DNA of 64,000 nucleotides from a virus (lineage: Duplodnaviria; Heunggongvirae; Uroviricota; Caudoviricetes). The DNA is taken from IMG/VR virus record IMGVR_UViG_3300042875_000419. One strand, written 5' to 3'. A model generated the notes under the pieces. That model ran no database searches. It saw only the letters and a program-made list of their open reading frames with translations, and was not told the DNA's origin. This document shows, piece after piece, positions 21,751 to 32,178 of the stretch (positions are counted from its first letter, which is position 1; each line of letters opens with the position of its first letter). Both the position numbers and the translations under genes were made by a program.

Positions 21751-23462
21751 TTTACGACCTGTGAGAAGTTATTTGTCTTTTGAAATTTAATTACGGACCT
21801 GAACTTATCAAAAAGTTGGTCACCTTTATGTGAGATTACAAATACATTTGTATTATTATCTAGGCTGTTCAGAAGTTTAAGGAATTCTTCTGTACCAACA
21901 CCGTCAAGAGAAGAATCGAACACTTCGTCAAGAACCAATAGATTTGTATTCACCGAGTTCTTCATCTTGGCAATCTGTCTCCATGTGAACAGGAGAGCAA
22001 GATCAATACGCATCTTTTCTCCTTCAGAGAATGATGCATAGGAGAATTCATCACGATGACGAGACTTGATTGTTTCTTCGAACGATTCATTCAAATTAAA
22101 GTTAACAAAGAAGTCCATTGATGTTAGGTACTTGTTAATTAACTTGTTCATAACAGGGAGATACTGTTTAATAATTTTAGTTTTAATGCCAGTATCTCTA
22201 AGAAGTGTTGCGGCAAACTCATGATATTGTTTATCTAAGGATAGTTTTTCTGCAAGAGTTTCGGCTTCTTGGAGTTCAGCATTCAAAACTTTTAACTTTT
22301 CATCATCATTTTCCGTTGAAACGGTACGTGTTCTAAGTTCTGCAATTTCTTTTAGTAGTTTTGCATTGTACGTATTGATGCTTGATACTTGCGTATTTAA
22401 CTTAACGATTTCGGAATTATGTGCATTGATATGCTTTTGTACGCCTTCAATTTCTTCCAAACGGTCATAAACGTTCTGTAGTTCTTGCTCCAGCTTTGTT
22501 GTGGCGGTTGTTATTTCTGTAATCTTAAGTTGTTTACCTGTTACTTGGCTATCTTTTGTTTCTATTGCAATAGCTTGTTGACATGTCGGACAGTTATCGT
22601 TGTTCTCATAGAAAGAAATTTCTTTGTTTAACTTTCTTACATTGTCTTCAAACTTAGATTGTAGAGTTATCAACTTTGTACTTCTGGATGCAACAGTAGT
22701 TTTATCTGAAATTTTATCCGTCAACTGTTTGATGTGTTTCTGTATCAGTACAATATCTTTTGCAACTTTGTTCAGATACGTGTCGTTGTCTGTTACTTCT
22801 TTAACCTTTTTGTTGATTTCAACAAGATGGTTCTTCTTGTTTTCTTCCAGATTCTGTTTCTGTAAATTTATTTTTTCAGTGGTCAACTTGACCGTATATT
22901 CAACCGTTTTCTGTTCATCTTTAATTGTTGAAATCTTATTCTTTACGATGGCATTCATAGAGGAGAAAATTTGAATGTCAAGCAAGTCCTCAATAATTGC
23001 TCTGCGGTCAGCAGGCGATAACTGCATGAACGGAACAAAAGACGCGGAACCAAGTATCACTACTTGCGTAAACGATTTATAATTAAGTTTAAGAATGAAC
23101 TTTTCGAGGTGTTCTTGATAGTCTTTTGCTTTTGCATCCTGATTAACAAGTACAGCGTCACAATAGATTTCAAACGTATTGGGTTTAATACTCCTAACAA
23201 CCTTGTATTGTTTTTTACCAATCAATAACTCGATCTCAACTACACAGTCCGAGTTATTGATTGTGTTCATCAACTGAGGTTTGTTAATCTTACGGAAAGG
23301 TTTACCAAAGAGCCCGAACGTGAGTGCATCCAGTATGGTTGACTTACCTGCACCGTTGTGACCAACTATTAGGGTATTTGTTGACCTTGTCAGGTCAATT
23401 TCTGTAAATGCGTTACCTGTGGAAAGAAAATTTTTCCACCGAACTTTTTGAAAAATAATCAT
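21747..23462 (-). CDS. gp46: Recombination endonuclease ATPase subunit (Rad50-like)
   Basis: KNFLSTGN, GHNGAGKST, CPTC hook, FSEGEK, LDEVFD. Confidence 0.97.
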   Translation of the reverse strand: MIIFQKVRWKNFLSTGNAFTEIDLTRSTNTLIVGHNGAGKSTILDALTFGLFGKPFRKINKPQLMNTINNSDCVVEIELLIGKKQYKVVRSIKPNTFEIYCDAVLVNQDAKAKDYQEHLEKFILKLNYKSFTQVVILGSASFVPFMQLSPADRRAIIEDLLDIQIFSSMNAIVKNKISTIKDEQKTVEYTVKLTTEKINLQKQNLEENKKNHLVEINKKVKEVTDNDTYLNKVAKDIVLIQKHIKQLTDKISDKTTVASRSTKLITLQSKFEDNVRKLNKEISFYENNDNCPTCQQAIAIETKDSQVTGKQLKITEITTATTKLEQELQNVYDRLEEIEGVQKHINAHNSEIVKLNTQVSSINTYNAKLLKEIAELRTRTVSTENDDEKLKVLNAELQEAETLAEKLSLDKQYHEFAATLLRDTGIKTKIIKQYLPVMNKLINKYLTSMDFFVNFNLNESFEETIKSRHRDEFSYASFSEGEKMRIDLALLFTWRQIAKMKNSVNTNLLVLDEVFDSSLDGVGTEEFLKLLNSLDNNTNVFVISHKGDQLFDKFRSVIKFQKTNNFSQVVK

Positions 23463-24097
23463 TATTTAAATTTTGGACCTACAGCCCACACTGTTATAGA
23501 TTGTCTATTACCTGAAATGATTGGTGCTACTTTATGTAGCAAAAATGAGGGGAACATCAATACTGATCCTTTTTTAAGGTTTGTTTCCCACGGAAATTGT
23601 TCAGAGAAGTGATTGATCTGAAAATTACCTCCCTCAAAATCAACTCCCGGCTCATTTAAAAGTAAAACAACCGTCAACTTACGGAGGTTTTCCATAAGAT
23701 TGTAGTCAACGTTTTTACTACCTAGTGGTAAATCCATATGAAATTCATGCTTATCGCCAACATTATACTTTGCAAATTGCAGATAGTTAAATCCATACAA
23801 ATCAAAGTTGAAACTTTTGTCGTTGTAATGTGCAATGATGTTATTAAACTTCTCCCACATCCAAATGGTTTGTTCATCAGGTTGACTCATCAGTACAACA
23901 TTTGTTTTACGTTGTTCTGGTATATGTGATGTGTCTGCATATTCACCACCTGGATGTGTGGTATGATTCAACTCGAAGTATTGTGAAATGAAATCACATT
24001 CACTGTGTGTAAAAAATTCATTATTAACAATGAATCGTGGAATAAAAAACATTTTTTCCGCCAACTCATTATTAACCATTATTGTTGGTGCGCTCAT
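23462..24097 (-). CDS. 2OG-Fe(II) oxygenase
   Basis: FHMD (HxD), RKLTVVLLLN, FEGG, FPSFLLHKV, R-S motif. Confidence 0.9.
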   Translation of the reverse strand: MSAPTIMVNNELAEKMFFIPRFIVNNEFFTHSECDFISQYFELNHTTHPGGEYADTSHIPEQRKTNVVLMSQPDEQTIWMWEKFNNIIAHYNDKSFNFDLYGFNYLQFAKYNVGDKHEFHMDLPLGSKNVDYNLMENLRKLTVVLLLNEPGVDFEGGNFQINHFSEQFPWETNLKKGSVLMFPSFLLHKVAPIISGNRQSITVWAVGPKFK

Positions 24098-25161
24098 TCT
24101 GATTCCTCATTTAATGCTTCAACATACAACACTCTTAAAAGGTTTTTTATTTTATCTTTTTCCAAATCAGTTGTCAAGTTATCAACGTACTTATTTAAAA
24201 TTGTTGTGGTATCTTCTGCTTGATCCACATCATCATCTTGGAGGTCTTCTTGTTCGGTGAAATCTTCGGCAATCGTAATGTCGATAGGTCCAATCTGGTA
24301 AAGTCTATTGATTAGTGTGTCGAATAGGTATGGATTGGTTTTATTAACCACCACAACTTTGACATAGCTAGTCTTTAACTGTGTTAAATCCATGGATGTA
24401 ATGGTTTTAATGTCATCAACTTTATCATCATAGATAAGTTTTTTGAACATCTTGTTTGGATTTTGGATAAATTCTAATTCATGTGTCTTCAAATCAAACA
24501 GGTGAAAACCTCTTGGATCATCATAGTCCTGCCATGTCAATTCATATGGATTACCAAGATAATGTATGTTTGCACGGCTAGACTTGTGGTGGTAGTGACC
24601 GGAGAATACCATATCAAACTTGTTGAACATCTTTGGTTCCAGACCTTCATGTGAAGGTGCACCACGATACATTTGGAAACCTTCAATCTCAAAGTGACCC
24701 ATACAGATTGTGGAATCTGTAAGTTTCAATGTATCCATAGAATCATTATAGTTCTCTGAACAAATCCATGGCATCATGCAAATTGAAGTATCACCAATAA
24801 CAAGCTGAGGTGTCGGACTCTTTATGATATTAATGTTATCATATTCTTCCAACACTAACTTCGGTGAATTAACATCGTTAGTGTTCTTGTAATATGTGTC
24901 GTGATTACCGACCAACATATGAACATGAATGCCACGTTCTTGAAGTTTATCAAAGAACATCTTCTTCGCACGTTGAAGTGAATAGAAGTTTACATACTTG
25001 CGCCTGTCAAACGTGTCACCAAGAATAAGAACAGTATTAATTCCGGCAGAATCAATAGTAGGAAAAAATGTTTCATCATAAAATTTTTCATAAAAATCCA
25101 GAAAGTGTAGTGAATCATTTCTTGCGCCAAAGTGTTGGTCAGTTATTATTGCGACTCTCAA
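24094..25161 (-). CDS. gp47: Recombination endonuclease nuclease subunit (Mre11-like)
   Basis: TDQHFGAR, GDTFDRRK, GNHD, GHFE, SGHYH. Confidence 0.97.
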   Translation of the reverse strand: MRVAIITDQHFGARNDSLHFLDFYEKFYDETFFPTIDSAGINTVLILGDTFDRRKYVNFYSLQRAKKMFFDKLQERGIHVHMLVGNHDTYYKNTNDVNSPKLVLEEYDNINIIKSPTPQLVIGDTSICMMPWICSENYNDSMDTLKLTDSTICMGHFEIEGFQMYRGAPSHEGLEPKMFNKFDMVFSGHYHHKSSRANIHYLGNPYELTWQDYDDPRGFHLFDLKTHELEFIQNPNKMFKKLIYDDKVDDIKTITSMDLTQLKTSYVKVVVVNKTNPYLFDTLINRLYQIGPIDITIAEDFTEQEDLQDDDVDQAEDTTTILNKYVDNLTTDLEKDKIKNLLRVLYVEALNEESE

Positions 25162-25543
25162 TTCGTTTCCTCAATTCGGTACTGCTATACGTATGTGGTC
25201 GGGAGTTGTAATAAAACTCTTTGTCCAGATGTTTGCCAGTAAAGGTTTTAGTCCTATACTCCTCGCCAAGTATTCTAACATGATAGTTCACTGTTGTCAA
25301 TAGATTCAACAAGTCTTCCTCAGTGGAATACGGTATAATTTCATCAACGTACTTGCAACCTTTGAGTTGCACATACCGTTCGTAAACTTTTTGTACCGGT
25401 TTATTTTTCTCCGGTCTATCTATTGTTGGATCGGTCTGAAGACCAACAATCAGGTAATCACAGTGTTGTTTTGCTTCTTCAAGCATCAATACGTGACCAG
25501 CATGGAATAAATCAAAGCATGAACATGTAAAACCGATTTTCAT
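25139..25543 (-). CDS. Cytidylyltransferase (TagD/G3P-CT-like)
   Basis: FDLFHAGH (HIGH-like), LIVGLQTD, STELR; likely start MKIGF. Confidence 0.9.
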   Translation of the reverse strand: MKIGFTCSCFDLFHAGHVLMLEEAKQHCDYLIVGLQTDPTIDRPEKNKPVQKVYERYVQLKGCKYVDEIIPYSTEEDLLNLLTTVNYHVRILGEEYRTKTFTGKHLDKEFYYNSRPHTYSSTELRKRIESRNNN

Positions 25544-25544
25544 A

Positions 25545-26108
25545 TTATTCTTCCAAAAACTTCTCAATACCTTTGTTCTTCTTTATTTCCTTTTTCTTTT
25601 TCTTGGTTTCTTCAAATGTTTCAATGAAGTCGGAAATGTTTTCGTATAGTTCAAAAGGCTTAGCTGGAGTATCATCGTAACCCATCAGTTCAGATTCATT
25701 GAAGATACCAAACTGTTCTGTTGCTTTGTACTTTACATAGAGTTGTTTCTTTTCTTTTTGTATTCTACGTAAGAATGCAAAGTAAATAATTTGTGTGAAG
25801 TATGCAAAGGGATTGCTCGACTTAGAAACGTCAAAGTTTTCAAAGTACATAAGACAGTTTTCAATTCCGTCACCGACCATCTCATCTCGGTATGAATAGT
25901 TAATAAAGTTTGGTTTGTGTGACAGACCTTCAGCAATCTTCATAAAGCATTCGCCAATGTAGTTGGGAATTTTTGGTTTCGGTGCACCAGTCTTTTTTGC
26001 CTCAGCTACAGCCGCTTGGTATTGCAAGAGTGCTTGGCAAAAATCTGCGTTGTTGATGTAATGCCTTTTTGGTTTTGCAACCGGCATTGGTATTGTTTCT
26101 TGTTCCAT
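25545..26108 (-). CDS. gp55: Late-transcription sigma factor
   Basis: HYINN..F, NFINYSYRDEM..DG.ENC, NPFAYFTQI...AF.RRI; likely start MEQETI. Confidence 0.96.
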   Translation of the reverse strand: MEQETIPMPVAKPKRHYINNADFCQALLQYQAAVAEAKKTGAPKPKIPNYIGECFMKIAEGLSHKPNFINYSYRDEMVGDGIENCLMYFENFDVSKSSNPFAYFTQIIYFAFLRRIQKEKKQLYVKYKATEQFGIFNESELMGYDDTPAKPFELYENISDFIETFEETKKKKKEIKKNKGIEKFLEE

Positions 26109-26184
26109 GATATATGTACCTTTAAATTGCTTGACTTCCACTTGACAAAGGTCTACACTCCAGAATGTAGCCTCTGCATGTTAA

Positions 26185-26577
26185 TTAATGAACTACGGAT
26201 ATATCTGGACCAACAGAGTCCAGCATCATAGTCATCAAATCTTTACTCATTTCTTCTTCATTCATTTCGGATGAATCTTCCTCCACCGACTTAGCTTTGT
26301 GGATAGAATCCACAGCACCCTCAAAGTATTCAGAAAATTCAGATGTGGGTTCCAAAATAGTAACAATCTCACTCTCCGTAATAAATGCCTCATTGTTTTG
26401 TATGAGTGGTGCAGGTAGCCAATGATCCATCATAATAATTTGTTTACCCGATCTTACATCACTCTTAAGTAGAACTACCATAGGTTCTCTAACAATGAAA
26501 TTTAATTTATCTACTTGTTCGAGATATGCTATAATATCTTCACCTGATTTAAGACGTAGTATTTTTATTGCTTCCAT
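26185..26577 (-). CDS. Conserved hypothetical protein between uvsW and gp55
   Basis: ILRLKSGEDII Sm-like start, acidic C-terminus. Confidence 0.8.
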   Translation of the reverse strand: MEAIKILRLKSGEDIIAYLEQVDKLNFIVREPMVVLLKSDVRSGKQIIMMDHWLPAPLIQNNEAFITESEIVTILEPTSEFSEYFEGAVDSIHKAKSVEEDSSEMNEEEMSKDLMTMMLDSVGPDISVVH

Positions 26578-28075
26578 TTTTTAATCCTATCTTATAGAGT
26601 TTGTAGGTGAATTTCTCCTCATTATATATCTTAGTTCGTTCTACGAAATGTTTGAGTGTAAAATTCATATAACTCTTATAACGGAGGTCATCTGCTATAT
26701 CGTAAAGAACGGCTTCAGTCTTACTGTCACTGATTCGTAAACCGCGTCCAATAGATTGGAGATTTCGAACTCTTGATTTGGATGGAGATGCGAATATAAT
26801 ATTATGGAGATTCCTAATATTAATTCCAGTGCTAAAGGTACCATAACTAGCCACAATAATAGCGTCATTTTCATCTTCCGTTATACGTCTTACTTCTTCA
26901 CGTGCTTCAGTGTCGGTTTTACCATAAACAAAGAAGACCTTCCTAGTACCGATGTTTTCGGTCTTAGTTATCATATCATACAATATTTTACCATGTTTGT
27001 CAACATATTGGTAAAGAATTAGAGAGTTTCCATTCAAAGATACCGCAAGATTTTTAATAAATTTATTTCTATTTTCATTTAGAATTAAATATTCAATTTC
27101 TTCTTGATAGGTTTTATCTTTCATCAATTTACAGATTTCATCATCATGCTTTAGTACCAAACACTTTATCATAAAGTCTGCTAGTTGTTTGTTGTCCATC
27201 AGTTCTTTGGTCGTTGTTACCTTTTCAACTTTACCAAAAAGACCTTCTAACACCAACTTGTGTGTTTTTGTTCCATCAAGTGTACCTGTGAGCCCAATCC
27301 TGTATTTCGCATTTTTGCACTGAGACAAGATACCTGTGAGTGATTGTGCTTTAAACAAATGTGCTTCATCACCAATAACAAAATCGAACTGCTCAAAGTA
27401 TTCTTTAGATTGTGTGTAGATCGACTGCCAAGTTGATATTGTCAACGGAGCATCGGTACTCTTATCTTTTCCTTGGTAAATACGATGGACGCTGGTTGCC
27501 ACGTCCCAGCCATTCGCAGTAGAATAGTCTGTGAAGTCTGCATGTAACTGCTCCACCAATGATGTTGTTGGAACAATGATAAGACCTTTACTACACTTAT
27601 AGTCCAGCAATTGACGTATGATGAGATATATGATGAGAGACTTACCTGATGCCGTTGGTGATAACAACAAACATCTTTGTTTTCTCATGGCATGTACATA
27701 TGCATTCTTCTGATAGTCTCTCACTTCAATGTCTTTATTTCTCGACTGCAAGGAGAGACCAGCAATGAACTTATCGGCATGATATACGGGGTAGTCATCA
27801 GTCAAGTCTGGTCTTGGATCACCATACTCCAGAATGTACTCACGCTCGGAACAAAACGCCTCTATGTACGGAAGCAATCCATGATACAGTTCAAAGGTGC
27901 GTAAATCAAATAACCTTATTTTACCGTCCCAGATTTTGTTTCTGAATGCTGGAGTGAATTGGTGACCAGGTACATAAAATGTGAAGTGGTCTGAAAGTTC
28001 TTGAGCAGTAGACCGTTCACATTTTATTTTTACATATGATTCGTTTCTTTTTGATACAATTATTTTAGTTTCCAC
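26549..28075 (-). CDS. uvsW: SF2 helicase UvsW
   Basis: RDYQ, SPTASGKS, DEAH, TGT, GINIRNL, QSIGRGLR; probable GTG start overlapping the uvsY stop. Confidence 0.97.
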   Translation of the reverse strand: METKIIVSKRNESYVKIKCERSTAQELSDHFTFYVPGHQFTPAFRNKIWDGKIRLFDLRTFELYHGLLPYIEAFCSEREYILEYGDPRPDLTDDYPVYHADKFIAGLSLQSRNKDIEVRDYQKNAYVHAMRKQRCLLLSPTASGKSLIIYLIIRQLLDYKCSKGLIIVPTTSLVEQLHADFTDYSTANGWDVATSVHRIYQGKDKSTDAPLTISTWQSIYTQSKEYFEQFDFVIGDEAHLFKAQSLTGILSQCKNAKYRIGLTGTLDGTKTHKLVLEGLFGKVEKVTTTKELMDNKQLADFMIKCLVLKHDDEICKLMKDKTYQEEIEYLILNENRNKFIKNLAVSLNGNSLILYQYVDKHGKILYDMITKTENIGTRKVFFVYGKTDTEAREEVRRITEDENDAIIVASYGTFSTGINIRNLHNIIFASPSKSRVRNLQSIGRGLRISDSKTEAVLYDIADDLRYKSYMNFTLKHFVERTKIYNEEKFTYKLYKIGLKNGSNKNTTS

Positions 28076-28517
28076 CGATGAATCTTTCCCATGCAATATA
28101 ATCTTTCAATTGGAAAGTTCTGCTTCTAAGTTCTTGTAGAATAGATTCACACACGGCAATTGCTTCATCGTGATACATTTTCTTTTCTAACAAACGAATA
28201 AGTTCTGCGTCAGATTCAATGTACTTCTCAATTCCCTGTTTCGTCTTTACATTTAACAGAAAAGGTTCCCAACCATATTCTTCTAGTTCTTCCTGTGAAA
28301 GAGAACCATTATAGTATTCTTCTTTGACTTTACGCATACGTGAATAATCAAAGTTCACACGTTTCATAGCAAGTCTGTGGTTCACAAGAATCTTTAGATA
28401 CTTATTATGTAGTGTGGGTATTTTTAGCAGTTCTTTTCCTGGTTCCGTGGAATCAATCACAGAATCTTTTTCCCACTCTTTCAAAATTTCTTCAAGTTTG
28501 CTCATCATAATCTCCAT
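28065..28517 (-). CDS. uvsY: Recombination mediator UvsY
   Basis: W..DS.ID, IP.LH.KY, YY.G, YI.SD.EL; synteny. Confidence 0.9.
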   Translation of the reverse strand: MEIMMSKLEEILKEWEKDSVIDSTEPGKELLKIPTLHNKYLKILVNHRLAMKRVNFDYSRMRKVKEEYYNGSLSQEELEEYGWEPFLLNVKTKQGIEKYIESDAELIRLLEKKMYHDEAIAVCESILQELRSRTFQLKDYIAWERFIGGN

Positions 28518-28534
28518 TGCAAAATTACATTATA

Positions 28535-29032
28535 TCACGATATTTTTTCCAAGTCAAACCAATCATATTTAAAAGTTGCTGTTGCAACCATGTGGTCTTC
28601 TGCCGACAAAGTGGTATCGAATTCTAAGTCACTAAGAGAGGTTGGAAAAATGTTATTCAGTTTGATTCTAAATTTTGGATTGTTTTGATTCGACATTACG
28701 GTAAATATAGCTTGCTTCGTATTTTGTTTTCTTTTTGTATAACTACTATTGACTTTTGATAGATCATCCATCCATTTGTAAATATTTGTCCATGCAGAGA
28801 GGTCTTCATTTACCATAAACGTGATATCAAACGTATTGTATTCTAGCTTTGTACCGGAGTGAAACAAATCTATGTTCGGTGTTTGTTGTACAGCCATACC
28901 TAAAGTGACACCAGGTATGTTGGCTTTTTGGCAAAAATACATGGTCTGAGATATTTCCGGGAACGTGACCACATATTTTGTGGGTTGCAATAAATTTGTT
29001 GTACTTGGTGTAGTTATGATAGCTCCACTCAT
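28535..29032 (-). CDS. gp3: Tail tube terminator
   Basis: N.LQPT...F, YFCQ.ANIPG.TL, FPT.LS...F, ATATFKY. Confidence 0.9.
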   Translation of the reverse strand: MSGAIITTPSTTNLLQPTKYVVTFPEISQTMYFCQKANIPGVTLGMAVQQTPNIDLFHSGTKLEYNTFDITFMVNEDLSAWTNIYKWMDDLSKVNSSYTKRKQNTKQAIFTVMSNQNNPKFRIKLNNIFPTSLSDLEFDTTLSAEDHMVATATFKYDWFDLEKIS

Positions 29033-29057
29033 ATTATCTCCTTAATGATCTTAGTAT

Positions 29058-29453
29058 TTAGGAACCAACTTTTGTGCATTTCCAACCTTTGTTTTGTTTG
29101 ATTCTTCCCTGAGAAACCTTGACCATATTGCCTTGATCCAATCCATTTTCTAAACAAAATTGTCTAAGGTTAACAATATTAATTTGTTTACCTTCTGGTG
29201 TTGTCAACAACCAAGCGCACTCCAAACTTTCTTTTGCTCTTTGTTTTTGATGATCTGTTTGTGGTTTACCTATTCTAGATTGGCGCACCTTTTCAATGTG
29301 TTCAGGAGTTTGTTTATGTCCTTTTTTCATTTCACTTATTAATCTTTTAGTTTCTTCTGAATGTTCTTTGACAAAAAATCTATGTACAACGCTCGATTCG
29401 TTTTTATCAAATTCATATTTGAAATTTTTTAATGATTCTAATATATCGTCCAT
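29058..29453 (-). pseudogene. NUMOD3-containing homing endonuclease remnant
   Basis: HSEETKRLISEMKKG and QTPEHIEKVRQSRIGK NUMOD3 repeats, NLRQFCLENGL..GNM C-terminal domain; no nuclease motif seen. Confidence 0.6.
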
Positions 29454-29480
29454 TTGTTAACTTAATGTAATGGTTATACA

Positions 29481-29505
29481 AAAAGAGGAACCCGAAGGTT
29501 CCTCT
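29481..29505 (-). terminator. Intrinsic terminator after gp23
   Basis: AGAGGAACC-TTCG-GGTTCCTCT followed by TTT. Confidence 0.9.
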
Positions 29506-29543
29506 AAAAGTGCCACTCTTAATGGTGGCTCTGTATCACAGAA

Positions 29544-30896
29544 TCACATTAGGTTGGCGACTCTGAAAATACGGTAGTACGTATTACGCTTAGAGTACAA
29601 CTGACCTAGATCAGCGTCTGTACCAGCAGCAAACGGATTTGCAACCATGCCGTAACGTGTCTTGAAACCAATCTTTGGTTGGAATGTGTACTGGTCAACT
29701 GCACGAACCATTTGTAGCGGAACGTATGGGCAGTAGAATAGACCAGCGTCATAAGGAGAAGAACCCTTATAACCGATTGTTACCAATTCTTGGTTAGATG
29801 TGTAACCACCGAAGTACGGGTCGATATAGACCTTGATACGACCGTGGAGCAAACCAGCGAATGTGTTGCCAGTGTCATCAACTTGCAAGTCAGTAGACAA
29901 TGCAGGAGTGTACTGTAGAACACCAGCCATAGCCATAGCGGATGCAACGTCAGATGATACGATCATCACGTTGCCCTTACCTCTACGAGTTTCTTTGGCA
30001 ATAACGTTAGCGTCACGTTCAACTTGGAAAATCAAGCCTTTGAAACGCTCAACAGACCAACGACCGTTAGAGTCTGTGTCAAGGTCGAATGTACCAGCAG
30101 TTGTTGTACCATACTGAGCACCGTTCTTAGCTACAGTGTAGATTGTACGGATAACTTCACGGTTAATTTCAGCTAGAATTTCTGTAGACAGAATGTTAGA
30201 CAATTCTGTTTCAGCGTCAAGACCGTGGATTGCTTTCAAGTCTTGTGCAAGTTCTAGTGAGTATTCAGCTTTCAACGCACGGCTTTGAGCAGTCACAGTA
30301 ACCTTCTCGATAGAGAAAGCCATTTGACCGAAAGCTGTGTTAGAATCAGAACCCAAGTATTCAGCAGTAGCCGTAGGCATGCCGATACCAGTTGTGAATG
30401 TGTTAGCTGTAGTGAAACCGTTACCAACTGGGTTGGTGATTGTGTCACCAGTGGTGTTGTTAGCGAAACCGAAACGGTTTGTGTCAGAACCAATACCAGA
30501 GAACTTGGTGTTAGCTTCATTGAAGAATGCTTCTACACCAGATGCTTTGTTGTTTTCACCGTACTTGGCACGCATTGCAAAAATCAAGCCTGTTGGACCT
30601 GTCATTGGCTGAACGCCAGCAACATCATACGCAATTAGGTTAGGCAATGCACGGCGAACCAAAGAGATCAAGATTGGATCAAAATTCTGAATACCAGAAC
30701 CAGTAGCCATAGATGGGCCGCTGGAAGTAGTTTCGTTAATTAGACCCATTTGAGCACGGTCGGATGCCATAGCTTGAGATTGATTTTCAAGGACCATGGC
30801 TGTAACAGCCTTCTTGTATGGATCCTTAATAGCTTCTAATTCTGGGTGCTCCAGAATTGGTTGCCATTTTTGTTTTAGTTCTTCAGATAGTAACAT
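29544..30896 (-). CDS. gp23: Major capsid protein
   Basis: GVQPMTGPTGLIFAMR, RALKAEYSLELAQDLKAIHGLDAE, YCPYVPL, GFKTRYG. Confidence 0.99.
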   Translation of the reverse strand: MLLSEELKQKWQPILEHPELEAIKDPYKKAVTAMVLENQSQAMASDRAQMGLINETTSSGPSMATGSGIQNFDPILISLVRRALPNLIAYDVAGVQPMTGPTGLIFAMRAKYGENNKASGVEAFFNEANTKFSGIGSDTNRFGFANNTTGDTITNPVGNGFTTANTFTTGIGMPTATAEYLGSDSNTAFGQMAFSIEKVTVTAQSRALKAEYSLELAQDLKAIHGLDAETELSNILSTEILAEINREVIRTIYTVAKNGAQYGTTTAGTFDLDTDSNGRWSVERFKGLIFQVERDANVIAKETRRGKGNVMIVSSDVASAMAMAGVLQYTPALSTDLQVDDTGNTFAGLLHGRIKVYIDPYFGGYTSNQELVTIGYKGSSPYDAGLFYCPYVPLQMVRAVDQYTFQPKIGFKTRYGMVANPFAAGTDADLGQLYSKRNTYYRIFRVANLM

Positions 30897-30935
30897 TTAA
30901 GTAACTCCTATTTTTAAAAATTAAATGTGGTATAT

Positions 30936-32138
30936 TTATTTAACCACAGATTTTGAGATTGAATTAACAGCGGCGTTGATTAGAGGATCATAAGAAACCT
31001 TCGATGGCTTATCTTCTGGCACTTCTACGCCTTCTTCTAGGGCAGATTTTTCACCAGTCTTAATATTGGAAGGAGTATATGCTTCTTTCAATGTACTAAC
31101 TTTTTCGGTGAAATCTTCCTCAGTTGTGAACTCAACACTCTCTGCGAGTGACTTAAGTTTTTCTACCTGAGTCTGCGTTAGGCCTTCGCAAACTGCTTGC
31201 ACGGCCTGTACTTTTTTATGTTCATTGATTTCTTTTTTAAATTCAATAGAACGTGAAATTTCTTCGTTCAATTTAGCTTCTAGTTCTTCAACTTTGTCAG
31301 CCATTTCTTGAACAACATCCACTTTTTCTTCTGGAATGTCAATGTAGTGTTCGGCGAATAGATTCTTTAGACCACCAATAAAGTCTTCTACGATTTCAGC
31401 ACGTAGACCGGACTCGATTGCTAGTTCATTTTCTTTCATCCATTCTTCTACCATGTAATTTAGGTAGTCATCGATTTTAGATGCAAAGTCTTCTTTCAGT
31501 TCTTCAACTGCTTGTTCGAATTGTTCATGAAGTTGTGACTCTACTTCTTCTGCAAGTTCTTCTACACGTGACATAACGGCAGCTTCGAAAATTGTAGTAG
31601 CTTTAGAAACAAATTCTTCTGATAGGTCTTCACCTTGAAGCAATGCATCAATGTCTTCTTTCAGACCTTTTTTAGACATCATTTTTTTCATCATGGCTTT
31701 GTCTTTCTTTTCGTCTTCATGGTCTTCTTTTTCTTCTGCTTCAGAAAAAACTTCGCCGTCTTCGTCAATTTCTTCGTTTTGGCCACCGTAAGATTGGAAT
31801 GTAGCACCTTTGTTTTTGGCCATCATTTGTTTACCGGCTTTGCCTTCAGGTGCTTCAACTGAACCTTGTTCAGCAGGTTGACCTGATAACTTTTTCATTG
31901 GATCTGAACCAACTGGTGGTGTAGCGCCTGGAGGTGTAGCTGTTGCAACACCTTTAGTAGCATCTGGACCAGAGTCTGTTGTTTTGGTAACTTCTGTACC
32001 AATTTCACCGACTTCTTTTTGACCTGCAACTACGGATGTAGGCAGTCTAGAAGAACCTTCGGTACCTTTTTTTGCTGAAGAAATGCTTTTGTTTAGAATA
32101 TCAGCGGCAGCTTCAGACAGATTGAACTTTTTAACCAT
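30936..32138 (-). CDS. gp22: Prohead core scaffold
   Basis: LSEEF..KA.TIFEAAV, YLNYMVEEW, GLK.LF.EHYID.P. Confidence 0.95.
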   Translation of the reverse strand: MVKKFNLSEAAADILNKSISSAKKGTEGSSRLPTSVVAGQKEVGEIGTEVTKTTDSGPDATKGVATATPPGATPPVGSDPMKKLSGQPAEQGSVEAPEGKAGKQMMAKNKGATFQSYGGQNEEIDEDGEVFSEAEEKEDHEDEKKDKAMMKKMMSKKGLKEDIDALLQGEDLSEEFVSKATTIFEAAVMSRVEELAEEVESQLHEQFEQAVEELKEDFASKIDDYLNYMVEEWMKENELAIESGLRAEIVEDFIGGLKNLFAEHYIDIPEEKVDVVQEMADKVEELEAKLNEEISRSIEFKKEINEHKKVQAVQAVCEGLTQTQVEKLKSLAESVEFTTEEDFTEKVSTLKEAYTPSNIKTGEKSALEEGVEVPEDKPSKVSYDPLINAAVNSISKSVVK

Positions 32139-32167
32139 TTAAAACTCTCCTTGGTTTTGTATGTGGA

Positions 32168-32175
32168 TATTTATA
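32168..32175 (-). promoter_or_regulatory. T4 late promoter
   Basis: TATAAATA upstream of gp22. Confidence 0.8.
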
Positions 32176-32178
32176 ATA

